Source: an uncultured Candidatus Saccharibacteria bacterium
Lineage (GTDB): Bacteria; Patescibacteriota; Minisyncoccia; Phycocordibacterales; PALSA-1337
DNA length: 64,000 bases
Assembly: GCA_964406895.1 (NCBI GenBank)
Contig: CAYOTK010000004.1
Coordinates: 26,016 to 90,015 of the forward strand
Reading direction: 5' to 3'
The translations under genes were made by a program, and so were the position numbers. Shown piece by piece: positions 36,618-45,747 of the stretch (position 1 is the first letter of the stretch; the number at the start of each line of letters is the position of its first letter). The notes beneath the pieces were generated by a model that searched no databases, was not told where the DNA came from, and was given only the letters and a program-made list of their open reading frames with translations.

Positions 36618-37238
36618 ATGAATAATCAAATAAACATAGAGCAAGCAATAGAAGAGAAATACTCGAAATTACCAGAACCTTTGAAAAGGGCCATAAACAG
36701 TCCTGACCTGATGACAAAAGTCATAGCAATTGGCAAACAAAACGATTTGATGATAGACCAAATAGGACAACTACGAACAAATGTGTTGCTAACGATGCTA
36801 GGATTACAACCATCATCAACATTCACTGATATTTTGAAGGGGGACATGGGTGTACCGGAAATAAAAGCAAATAAAATCGCGACTGAAATCAACACTGCAG
36901 TTTTCCAGTCAATAAAAACTTATTTAGCCGAATTCGAGGAAGAAAACGAGACCGAAGAAGAAGCACCGGCTACAAATTCAGATCCACGCATCTCTTCCGT
37001 AGAAAAAGTAGGTGGATTCACAGTAGAGAAGCACGGTGATATACCAAAATTTGAAAAACCCGCCCCAACAGAGAAGGCAAATCCAGCACAAGGCAATACT
37101 CATGTAGAAGCTATTGTTGAAAACCTACTAACAACACCAAACATTCAACACGAACAGATAATCAATAAATCTGCCAGTGTAAATAATGCAGGCGTAAGCA
37201 TAAATCCGAGCACAGATCCTTACAGAGAAGAGTTCTAG
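36618..37238 (+). CDS. Hypothetical protein
   Basis: 206-aa ORF, 3 nt after the previous gene. No motif. Confidence 0.4.
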   Translation: MNNQINIEQAIEEKYSKLPEPLKRAINSPDLMTKVIAIGKQNDLMIDQIGQLRTNVLLTMLGLQPSSTFTDILKGDMGVPEIKANKIATEINTAVFQSIKTYLAEFEEENETEEEAPATNSDPRISSVEKVGGFTVEKHGDIPKFEKPAPTEKANPAQGNTHVEAIVENLLTTPNIQHEQIINKSASVNNAGVSINPSTDPYREEF

Positions 37239-37275
37239 GCTTTGGTAACTGCTTTTTGTACGTTATAATACTGTC

Positions 37276-37710
37276 ATGCGTTTACAAGTTCCTCAATTTA
37301 TTGAAGTCGAAGATAAGATATTCAATCAGCTAACACTCAAGCAATTCATATATTTGGCTGGTGGGGGAGGCTTATCATTCATGGTATATGCTTTCTTGGG
37401 CAATTTCCTCCTAGCACTTATACCTATAGCAATAATCATGGGGATATCTTCAACATTTGCCTTCTACAAAATCAACAACAAGCCTTTCATAAATGTTGTT
37501 GAGGCGGCATTCAAATATTATTTTGGTAACAAATTGTATATTTGGAGAAAAGAAGACAAGCCAAAACAGAATACAGAAGCAAATAACATAGCACAAGCCA
37601 AAAATTACGCATCAATAATGGTCCCCAAGATATCAGATAGTAAACTGAAAGATCTAACCTGGAGCCTAGATATCAAAGAAAGCATGTATTCAAATCGCAA
37701 TCAACAATAA
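37276..37710 (+). CDS. Small two-TM protein, PrgI/VirB3-like candidate
   Basis: 144 aa with two adjacent TM segments (FIYLAGGGGLSFMVYAFLG; LLALIPIAIIMGISSTFAFY). It sits immediately upstream of the VirB4-like ORFs, as VirB3/PrgI does. Confidence 0.4.
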   Translation: MRLQVPQFIEVEDKIFNQLTLKQFIYLAGGGGLSFMVYAFLGNFLLALIPIAIIMGISSTFAFYKINNKPFINVVEAAFKYYFGNKLYIWRKEDKPKQNTEANNIAQAKNYASIMVPKISDSKLKDLTWSLDIKESMYSNRNQQ

Positions 37711-37711
37711 T

Positions 37712-38350
37712 ATGGCCAACTCACAAACAACTCAAAATTTCGTACCAATCCAAGAAATAAGAGACGGTATTGTTATCCTGAAAGACGGAGGAATGAGATC
37801 TATTGTACTTGCATCTTCACTCAATTTTGCACTCAAATCCGCTGATGAACAAAATTCCATAATGCTTCAGTTCCAAAATTTCCTCAACTCTTTGGATTTT
37901 TCTGTTCAAATTTTCGTACAATCCAAGAAACTAGACATCCGACCATACATAGCGCTTCTAGAAGAGAGGTATAAAGAACAAGTAACAGATCTAATGAAGA
38001 TTCAGGTACGTGAATATATTGAGTTCATAAAAGCATTCGTCGAGAATACAAACATAATGTCGAAAAGTTTCTTCGTAGTCATACCGTATGATCCCGCACT
38101 GATTAATACAGGAGGGAATCCGCTATCAAAGGTCCTACCAGGCAAAAAAACTAGCACAGAAACATCCGACGCACAGAATGAGCAATTCCAAGAATACAGA
38201 AGTCAACTAGAGCAAAGAGTTGCAGTGGTTGAACAAGGATTAGTTAGATGTGGAATAAGAGCAGCAGAACTCGGAACCGAAGAAGTGGTAGAATTGTTCT
38301 ACAAGATATTCAATCCTGGAGAAACAGAAAAGCCAATTCAAATATCATAA
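37712..38350 (+). CDS. VirB4 N-terminal-domain-like protein (possible split or frameshifted VirB4)
   Basis: IQEIRDGIVILKDGGMRSIVLASSLNFALKSADEQNSIMLQFQNFLNSLDFSVQIFV resembles the VirB4/TraC N-terminal domain. Its stop is 1 nt before the ATG of the ATPase ORF, which is in a different frame. Confidence 0.4.
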   Translation: MANSQTTQNFVPIQEIRDGIVILKDGGMRSIVLASSLNFALKSADEQNSIMLQFQNFLNSLDFSVQIFVQSKKLDIRPYIALLEERYKEQVTDLMKIQVREYIEFIKAFVENTNIMSKSFFVVIPYDPALINTGGNPLSKVLPGKKTSTETSDAQNEQFQEYRSQLEQRVAVVEQGLVRCGIRAAELGTEEVVELFYKIFNPGETEKPIQIS

Positions 38351-38351
38351 T

Positions 38352-40166
38352 ATGTCATTATTTAGCAAATTATTTGGGAAAAAAGAAGAATCACCGCTGG
38401 TGTCCATATTGCCAGAGGAAATTTATCAAGCAGGCGTTCTAGAACTAAAAGACGTCATTGCTCCATCAGCGCTCAAAATAAGCCCGAAGGAAATGAATCT
38501 GGGTGAGAAAATAGGTCGTACTTTGTTCGTTATTTCATATCCTAGATTCCTAGACGAGAATTGGTTCGCGCCCATCATAAACCTAGACAAGGTTTTCAAT
38601 GTTTCAATATTCATACATCCTGTGGATACAGCAAAAATACTACGACACTTCCAGAAAAAAGTCGCCGAGGTTCAAAGCCAAATACAAATAAGAGAGCGCA
38701 AGGGTCTAGTTAGGGATCCTCAGCTCGACACAGCGTATCAGGATCTAGAAGCCTTGAGAGATCAACTCATGCAAGCACAAGAACACCTTTTCGATGTTGG
38801 TGTATATATAAACATCTTTGCCGACAATGAAAATGAGTTGGACAAACTAGAATCAGAAATAAAATCTATACTAGAATCAAAGCTCGTCTATGTTAAACCC
38901 GCTCTATTCCAGCAAGAACAGGGGTTCAAGAGTGTTATTCCAATAGCTGACGACTCTTTGGCGGTACACTCCAAACTCAACTCTTCACCATTGTCGAGCT
39001 TATTCCCATTCGTTTCTTTCGATCTAACATCTGACAAGGGCATACTTTATGGTATTAACAGACACAATTCTTCACTCGTTCTTTTCGATCGTTTTTCTCT
39101 CAACAATTACAATTCTGTAACATTTGCCGTTGCTGGTTCTGGTAAATCCTACTGTACGAAACTTGAGATTCTGAGAACACTCATGTTCGACACAGATGTC
39201 ATAGTTATAGATCCGGAAAAAGAATATGAGTATATGGCAGAAGCAACAGGAGGTAAGTATTTCAATATATCACTCAATTCTGAACACCATATCAATCCAT
39301 TTGATCTGCCAATACCGAGAGAAGACGAGGCTGCTTCGGACGTATTGCGTTCAAACATTGTTAACCTGGTCGGTCTATTCAGGATCATGTTGGGTGGATT
39401 GACCCAAGAAGAAGACGCCATCATAGATAGAGCCATAACAGAAACATATGCCTTGAAGGATATAACGGCTGATTCTAATTTCAAAAACGTTGAACCGCCA
39501 CTATTGTCTGATTTTGAATTAGTCTTGGCAGGAATGGAGGGCACTGACTCTCTCGTCCAGAGACTTACCAAATATACAAAAGGCACATGGGCCGGATTCA
39601 TCAATCGCCCATCGAACGTAGATATAAATAAGCGCTTCGTTGTATTCTCATTGCGAGACATGGAAGACGAATTGAAGCCTGTTGCCATGTATATAGTTAC
39701 ACATTATATATGGAACGCTATTCGCAAGAATTTGAAAAAGCGCTTATTGGTTATTGATGAGGCTTGGTGGATGATGAAATCAGAAGACACGGCATCATTC
39801 CTATTTGGTCTGGCCAAAAGAGGTCGTAAATATTTCTTGGGATTGTCTACTATTACTCAGGACGTGGACGACTTCTTACGATCTCCATATGGATTACCCA
39901 TAGTTACGAACTCTTCTATACAGATATTGCTCAAACAATCTCCTGCGGTCATCGATAATATTCAAAAAACCTTCAATCTCACAGATGAGGAAAAATACTT
40001 ACTTCTAGAGTCTGATGTGGGGGAGGGCATATTCTTCGTTGGACTAAAACACGTCGCCATAAAGATTGTTGGTTCATATACTGAAGATCAAATAATAACC
40101 ACAAATCCGGCACAGATATTACAGATAGAAAGATCGAAGAAAGAACTAGAACAGGCAAGCCGCTAA
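38352..40166 (+). CDS. virB4: Type IV secretion VirB4/TraC-family ATPase
   Basis: Walker A VTFAVAGSGKSYCTK and Walker B RLLVIDEAWWMM, plus a C-terminal RGRKYFLGLSTITQ sensor region. 604 aa. Confidence 0.75.
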   Translation: MSLFSKLFGKKEESPLVSILPEEIYQAGVLELKDVIAPSALKISPKEMNLGEKIGRTLFVISYPRFLDENWFAPIINLDKVFNVSIFIHPVDTAKILRHFQKKVAEVQSQIQIRERKGLVRDPQLDTAYQDLEALRDQLMQAQEHLFDVGVYINIFADNENELDKLESEIKSILESKLVYVKPALFQQEQGFKSVIPIADDSLAVHSKLNSSPLSSLFPFVSFDLTSDKGILYGINRHNSSLVLFDRFSLNNYNSVTFAVAGSGKSYCTKLEILRTLMFDTDVIVIDPEKEYEYMAEATGGKYFNISLNSEHHINPFDLPIPREDEAASDVLRSNIVNLVGLFRIMLGGLTQEEDAIIDRAITETYALKDITADSNFKNVEPPLLSDFELVLAGMEGTDSLVQRLTKYTKGTWAGFINRPSNVDINKRFVVFSLRDMEDELKPVAMYIVTHYIWNAIRKNLKKRLLVIDEAWWMMKSEDTASFLFGLAKRGRKYFLGLSTITQDVDDFLRSPYGLPIVTNSSIQILLKQSPAVIDNIQKTFNLTDEEKYLLLESDVGEGIFFVGLKHVAIKIVGSYTEDQIITTNPAQILQIERSKKELEQASR

Positions 40167-40170
40167 ATTC

Positions 40171-40620
40171 ATGAAAAAAGTAAATAAAAACACTTGGACA
40201 AAGTTATATGTCACAGCGGGTATTATAGATATCGTTCAATTAATCATTGATTTAACCGGCGTTGGTGTTGCCATAAACACTTTTGCCGATCCTGTAATTG
40301 GGATTGGATTTATTGCGTATCTGAATCACATTGGGGTAAGTGTGTTTAAGCATCCTTCTAGATTTGCATCAATGGTTGGTGTGGGTTTATTAGAAAATTT
40401 CACAGGTGGAATTGCACCAGCATGGATAGCTGATATATTCTACATTCATCATTCATACAAGAAAGAACTTGCTCAATATGAAGAAGATGAAAAAATAACA
40501 CAGTTAACATCAAATACTCGACCCACCATGTACGACGGGGGAATGAGGAATCCAGAAAGTTCAAACACAAATCAAAACGAACCCTTGGTCAATAACGGGT
40601 ACAGAAGGCCACAAAGATAA
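40171..40620 (+). CDS. Hypothetical small membrane protein
   Basis: 149 aa with hydrophobic segments. Immediately downstream of virB4. Confidence 0.4.
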   Translation: MKKVNKNTWTKLYVTAGIIDIVQLIIDLTGVGVAINTFADPVIGIGFIAYLNHIGVSVFKHPSRFASMVGVGLLENFTGGIAPAWIADIFYIHHSYKKELAQYEEDEKITQLTSNTRPTMYDGGMRNPESSNTNQNEPLVNNGYRRPQR

Positions 40621-40678
40621 ATATAAATTCAGCTAGCTGTGAATTGATGATATGTGACGTTCACGATACAATATAGTC

Positions 40679-41740
40679 ATGATTTCTCTCTTTTCGCAAA
40701 AAAATAAAATAATAAAGGAATATATCGGTATTTCTATTTTTGCTCTGTTATTTTTCAGTATTTTTTACACAGCACGAGCACAAGGTTTACCATCAGTAAT
40801 TGGCGGACTTGAGCTTACACCATCAACGTCTAGTCCCGCCCCAGGACAAACAGTAACAATTACCGCTCAAAGCTTCAGTTCAAACATAAATTCCGCTAAA
40901 ACAACATGGTCAGTGGGTGGCAAAGTATTACAATCAGGCACAGGACTTACAAAACTCGACATCGTTGCACCTGTTTTGGGTCAAAAAAAGACAGTTTTAT
41001 TGACAATAGTCACTAGCGAAGGGCAGACAATATCAAAAAGCATAGACATAATTCCTGGGTCCATAGATATGATCGTAGAAACGAATGGCTACAAACCGCC
41101 GTTATTTCTAGGCAAACTATCTCCCGTATATCAAAACGAAGTCAAAATAATCGCAATACCCCACATTGCCATCAATACAAAAGAAGAATTAGACCCCAAC
41201 AAATTGGTGTATCAATGGAAGAAGAATGATCAAGTACTACAGAGTCAATCTGGTTTCGGTAAGAATTTCGTCACCGTTTCTGGAGACATAATACCGAGGC
41301 CTTATATCGTAACTGTTACAGCAAGCACACAGGATGGTAGATATTCTTCGACCGGAGCAGTAAATATTGCAGAATCAGACCCACAAATATCTTTCTACAT
41401 TAACGATCCTTTATATGGGATTCTTTTTAACAAAATAGCAGACAGCAACATAAGGATTGATACAAACAGGAGAGTGAACGTTCTTTCAGTGCCTTATGGT
41501 TTCAATCCGAACACGGATCTTAGCAACATTGTTCTTGATTGGATAATAAACGGTGAATCTCATCAAGAATTAGCCAAGAGCACATCAGTTGTTTTGCGCG
41601 CACCTGAAGGCAAGGCAGGATACTCGAACATACAATTACAAATTAGCAATTCAGAGAAATTACTACAAAGAGCGTCTTCTGGTTTTTCGACCACTTTTAC
41701 AGCGAATAAAAGTTCAGCAGATAATAATGTGACATTTTGA
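40679..41740 (+). CDS. Hypothetical secreted protein
   Basis: Signal/TM IGISIFALLFFSIFYTARA. 353 aa, beta-rich composition. Confidence 0.45.
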   Translation: MISLFSQKNKIIKEYIGISIFALLFFSIFYTARAQGLPSVIGGLELTPSTSSPAPGQTVTITAQSFSSNINSAKTTWSVGGKVLQSGTGLTKLDIVAPVLGQKKTVLLTIVTSEGQTISKSIDIIPGSIDMIVETNGYKPPLFLGKLSPVYQNEVKIIAIPHIAINTKEELDPNKLVYQWKKNDQVLQSQSGFGKNFVTVSGDIIPRPYIVTVTASTQDGRYSSTGAVNIAESDPQISFYINDPLYGILFNKIADSNIRIDTNRRVNVLSVPYGFNPNTDLSNIVLDWIINGESHQELAKSTSVVLRAPEGKAGYSNIQLQISNSEKLLQRASSGFSTTFTANKSSADNNVTF

Positions 41741-43047
41741 TAAACATGAAAATAAATACAAAAAAAACAATTAGTGCATACATTTTGGCGATATTAATAT
41801 TGAGTTCATTTTCATATTCAGTATCAGCAATCACAAATACGAGAACCGCAAAAGCTGCGAGTGATGGGGAATATACACTTCTCGAACCCTTGCCTTGTAT
41901 TCCTGGGTCAGGTGTAACATGTCCTTCATCAATGAAAACGACAATTGATTTCAGGAATTACATGCAGTATGCGTTCAATCTTTTGATTGGCCTAGCCGCT
42001 GCTGCCGCCGTATTCATGATGGTTTGGGGTGGTTTCAAATACATGAGCACTGATTCTTGGTCAGATAAGTCTGAAGGTTTGGACATATTCAAACACGCAA
42101 TTTATGGATTGCTACTCGTCTTGTCTTCATATCTTATATTGAAAACCATCGATCCTCGCCTCGTTGAAATACCGAGCAATATTGTGCCAACGATTACGTT
42201 GAAAAAGAGTCTGGAAGCACCAATGGATGACTTTTTTGTTCAAATGATAAATGAGGCATCAAAATATCAAGAGCAAGGGCAAGGACTTGTTGAAAAAGCT
42301 AAAAAATCAAAAGCGGATGTTAGTGTACTTGAATCACAAAAACAAGACATAATCAAACAAATAAACGATTTAAAGAATCCAGATGAAATTACCCCTCTTG
42401 AGCAAGGACTAAATGAATCAGATCCAAAAATACAAGAACTTAGAGCAAAAATTGAAAATATTGACAATGAAATAAACAGAATAAAGGCTGAAATTTCAAT
42501 TGACGTTGGTTTGTCTACCATGACAAATGGGGTTGTTTCTCAAACGCTAAATGACTTGGCATTAAACAAGATTCGCCAAGACAGTGTGTTTAGAGAATTT
42601 TATACAGGAAATAAAAACATAAACAAAAGCACAATAGATGCAATTTTTGCTGAATCAAACATAGCTGTAGAAAAGATTGTTGCACAAAGGACCAGACAAC
42701 TTGAGGAATTGGGCAGTCAAGATAAAATAGGGCTTATTCAAGAAAAAGCACGAGAAGTTTATCTTACCTTAGATATAGCAAAGGTTAACGCAATAATTCA
42801 AAACACAAAAAGCCAAAATGATGTAAACGGAGCATTTGGAAATTTTGTATCTCGTAGTGACACAGAAACAGCATATGTCGGCAGCGAAAAAATGGGCACA
42901 AAGCAGGAACTAAGAAACAAACTTCAAACAGACATAAACAATATTTCAACTAAAATTAATAGCGTGAATAATCAAGATTCGAAAGCAGATCTCCAAAAAA
43001 AACTGAACGACACAAAAAATTTATTGATTGAAAAATTCGGCCATTAA
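41737..43047 (+). CDS. Membrane protein with pilin-like hydrophobic hairpin and long coiled-coil
   Basis: Signal peptide, then FNLLIGLAAAAAVFMMVWGGFKYM...IYGLLLVLSSYLIL (TrbC/VirB2-like two-helix hairpin), then a ~280-aa coiled-coil. Overlaps the previous gene by 4 nt. Confidence 0.4.
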   Translation: MINMKINTKKTISAYILAILILSSFSYSVSAITNTRTAKAASDGEYTLLEPLPCIPGSGVTCPSSMKTTIDFRNYMQYAFNLLIGLAAAAAVFMMVWGGFKYMSTDSWSDKSEGLDIFKHAIYGLLLVLSSYLILKTIDPRLVEIPSNIVPTITLKKSLEAPMDDFFVQMINEASKYQEQGQGLVEKAKKSKADVSVLESQKQDIIKQINDLKNPDEITPLEQGLNESDPKIQELRAKIENIDNEINRIKAEISIDVGLSTMTNGVVSQTLNDLALNKIRQDSVFREFYTGNKNINKSTIDAIFAESNIAVEKIVAQRTRQLEELGSQDKIGLIQEKAREVYLTLDIAKVNAIIQNTKSQNDVNGAFGNFVSRSDTETAYVGSEKMGTKQELRNKLQTDINNISTKINSVNNQDSKADLQKKLNDTKNLLIEKFGH

Positions 43048-43048
43048 A

Positions 43049-44356
43049 ATGACAAAAAAAACACTTATATTATTCATAGGATTGATAATACTTGCGGGAA
43101 TTGCTGGGGGAGCATATTGGTATTTCCTTATGCGCACGCCCGATGTGGGCCCAATAAATAGGAACAACAACCCAAGCAATAACTCAGGGGGATTTTCGCC
43201 CATATCAAGACCAGTTTCACAAAACAATTCTACAAGCACAGATATCACGGAGCCAGAAGTAAGCCCAACCCCAACTCAGACGAGCACAAGGAATACGCCT
43301 GACATATTGAGACTTATAAGCGAAACACCAGTGGGCGGTTATGGCATGCTGACAACAGCAACGACCACAATAATAAGATGGGTAGACAGGGGCAGAGGAA
43401 ACGTATATGAAACAACAGGGGAGAGTAACGAGATATCGACATTGTCGAACACTATTTTACCTAGAATATACAACAGCTTATGGAACAAAAACATCACTTC
43501 TTTCATAGGCAACATGATAGACAGTGAAGGAAATGATTATTCAACAATATTTGCCGAATTGAAACTTAGACCAGCAGAAAAAAGCGCAACAACATCAACG
43601 AGCACGGCAATAAGCACAGTTACAAAATACGAATTGAAAGGCAAGGAATTGCCCCAAAACATAATAACCATTGCAGTATCGCCCAAAAAAGACAAAATAT
43701 TTTTCGTAGTTGTAGGATCAGAAAAGGGAACAGGCTATGTTTCAACATTCGACGGTAAAAATATAGTGAAAATATTCGACACCCCCGTTACAGAAATAAC
43801 AGCCGACTGGCCAACAGAAGACTCCATAACCATAAACACGAAGGCGGCATCTGACATGTTCGGATTCATGTACAAAGTAGACCCCAAAACAGGAAAATGG
43901 AAAAAGCTTGTTAGTGGTTTGCCTGGAATGCAAACAAAAATGAGTCACGATGGTAAATACGTCATAATATCGGCATCAGGGAGCAATAGGGATGTGGTTA
44001 CAAGCATATACAATGTGCAGAAAAACACCGGCACAAGCATGCTAGTCAAAACAATGGCTGATAAGTGTGTTTGGGGCAATCAATACAAAAACGTTGTATA
44101 TTGTGCCGTACCATCTCAATTACCATCTGCTACATATCCTGACGATTGGTATGTGGGCAACGTGGTAACATCAGATAAAATCTGGCAAATAAACGCCGAT
44201 ACAGGAGAATTGCACTTGGTATCTTCAATTGTAGACAAAGCCAACAGACAAATAGACGCATACAACCTCATACTCGATGAAAAAGATAACTACTTATTAT
44301 TCACAAACAAAAGAGACCTCTCTCTTTGGTCTTTAGACCTGACTGCAACCAACTAG
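43049..44356 (+). CDS. Hypothetical secreted protein
   Basis: Start taken at MTKKTLILFIGLIILAGIAGG, 2 nt after the previous stop. 435 aa. Confidence 0.45.
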   Translation: MTKKTLILFIGLIILAGIAGGAYWYFLMRTPDVGPINRNNNPSNNSGGFSPISRPVSQNNSTSTDITEPEVSPTPTQTSTRNTPDILRLISETPVGGYGMLTTATTTIIRWVDRGRGNVYETTGESNEISTLSNTILPRIYNSLWNKNITSFIGNMIDSEGNDYSTIFAELKLRPAEKSATTSTSTAISTVTKYELKGKELPQNIITIAVSPKKDKIFFVVVGSEKGTGYVSTFDGKNIVKIFDTPVTEITADWPTEDSITINTKAASDMFGFMYKVDPKTGKWKKLVSGLPGMQTKMSHDGKYVIISASGSNRDVVTSIYNVQKNTGTSMLVKTMADKCVWGNQYKNVVYCAVPSQLPSATYPDDWYVGNVVTSDKIWQINADTGELHLVSSIVDKANRQIDAYNLILDEKDNYLLFTNKRDLSLWSLDLTATN

Positions 44357-44358
44357 AA

Positions 44359-45099
44359 TTATTTCTTCAGGAATTTCTTGCTAATATAAAGCTCCTGACA
44401 AAGTGTAAATAGGGAAGTAACAGACCAATAAATAGCAATTACCGCAGCTGCTCCAGGGAAACTCTTGGGGATGATCCAATATGTAGAAACAAAGGCGATT
44501 ATAGGAAAAACGTATTTCATTTGTGCGTTCATAGAATAAGCCACTTGAGCAGAAATATCTGATGTGTTGTTTGGTTTGGCAAGGCCTTTTTGTTGCCTAG
44601 AAGCGATACTAAAATACAATTGCAAGAATTGGGCCACAGCTGTTATGAGAGCCAAAACGAAACTTTTATGGGTTAGATCCAAACCCAGCAAGGAAGCCTT
44701 GATATGTGGAACACTAACAAAAGAATAAAGGAATTCTGGTCTGACTTCAGGAATAATCTTATAAAAAACTGATATTATACCGATAAGTATTGGTATCTGA
44801 ATCAAAAGCAACCAAACACTAGCAAAAGGTTTAATCTTCTTGTCTTTGTATAATTGCATGATCTTCAGGGCCTGAGTTTGTTTGTCGTTTGAATATTTTG
44901 ATTTTATTTCATTGGTCTCTGGTTCAACTTCTTTCATTCTTGCCTGCGTCAATAGTGCGCTTTTGGAAAGAGGGAAAAGAATAAATCTAACCACTATAGT
45001 AAAAAGGATAACAGCAACGCCGACATCAATTCCTGGTACAGAATTCATGATTAAGACAAGACCATTATAAAGCGGACGGAAAATTAATTCGTGATACAT
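44359..45099 (-). CDS. yidC: Membrane protein insertase YidC (short form)
   Basis: 246 aa with 5 TM segments in a YidC/Oxa1 arrangement. Gene order rpmH-rnpA-yidC. Confidence 0.8.
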   Translation of the reverse strand: MYHELIFRPLYNGLVLIMNSVPGIDVGVAVILFTIVVRFILFPLSKSALLTQARMKEVEPETNEIKSKYSNDKQTQALKIMQLYKDKKIKPFASVWLLLIQIPILIGIISVFYKIIPEVRPEFLYSFVSVPHIKASLLGLDLTHKSFVLALITAVAQFLQLYFSIASRQQKGLAKPNNTSDISAQVAYSMNAQMKYVFPIIAFVSTYWIIPKSFPGAAAVIAIYWSVTSLFTLCQELYISKKFLKK

Positions 45100-45113
45100 A
45101 TAATTGTATTATT

Positions 45114-45452
45114 CTACTTCAAAAACCCCAATTTAACAAAGATTTGTCTAACACCTTCATCAAGACTCTTATAGTCTGCTTTTATAACACCCGCTTTTGC
45201 CAAAAATATACCTTGAATAGGAATGGGTGTATTACCGATCACCCTTTCTATTGAACCATATATTCTTCTGCGTATTTTGTTTCTTTCAACGGCTGTTTTT
45301 GAAATCTTCTTAGGCGCAACAGAAACCAGCCCCATGGATTCAGCTTTATTCAAAGAATATACGAAAGTAAAAAAAGGGCTATGTATGGCCTTGCCCTGTG
45401 ACATTATTGAATCAAACTGCTTCTTTGAGAGTCTGTGCTTTTTTTGTAGCAT
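45114..45452 (-). CDS. rnpA: Ribonuclease P protein component
   Basis: 112-aa basic protein (KHRLSKKQFDSIM...RNKIRRRIYG). Sits between rpmH and yidC. Confidence 0.75.
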   Translation of the reverse strand: MLQKKHRLSKKQFDSIMSQGKAIHSPFFTFVYSLNKAESMGLVSVAPKKISKTAVERNKIRRRIYGSIERVIGNTPIPIQGIFLAKAGVIKADYKSLDEGVRQIFVKLGFLK

Positions 45453-45453
45453 A

Positions 45454-45588
45454 TCAAACCGCTATTCTATGGCGGCCCTTACTGCGTCTCTTGGCCAAAA
45501 CCTTTCGACCAGAAGTCTTCTTCATGCGGACTCTGAAACCATGACTCTTGGCGCGCTTTCTTTTTTTGGGATTATAAGTGAATGACAT
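45454..45588 (-). CDS. rpmH: 50S ribosomal protein L34
   Basis: Not in the ORF track (44 aa). The reverse complement translates to [44 protein letters not shown]. Confidence 0.85.
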   Translation of the reverse strand: MSFTYNPKKRKRAKSHGFRVRMKKTSGRKVLAKRRSKGRHRIAV

Positions 45589-45747
45589 GTCGATACTATA
45601 ATCTATACACGAACAAAAAGCAAATTTGATTTTTTATGAAAATTTATCAAAAAAGTTTTGAAAATTATCTTATGCACAACTTATCAACATATTTTGGAGT
45701 TCTCCACAAGTTTTCAGATTTATAAACAGGTATATACTTATAACACC
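45589..45747. promoter_or_regulatory. oriC-type region upstream of dnaA with DnaA-box cluster
   Basis: TTATGCACA (45670-45678), TTATCAACA (45681-45689) and TTCTCCACA (45700-45708) are each one mismatch from TTATCCACA. They lie in the AT-rich divergent rpmH/dnaA intergenic region. Confidence 0.5.

Noticed and set aside
45223-45585. 120-aa + strand ORF in the six-frame track
   Set aside because: It lies antisense to rnpA and rpmH. The minus strand here encodes ribosomal protein L34 and RNase P protein in the classic rpmH-rnpA-yidC order.
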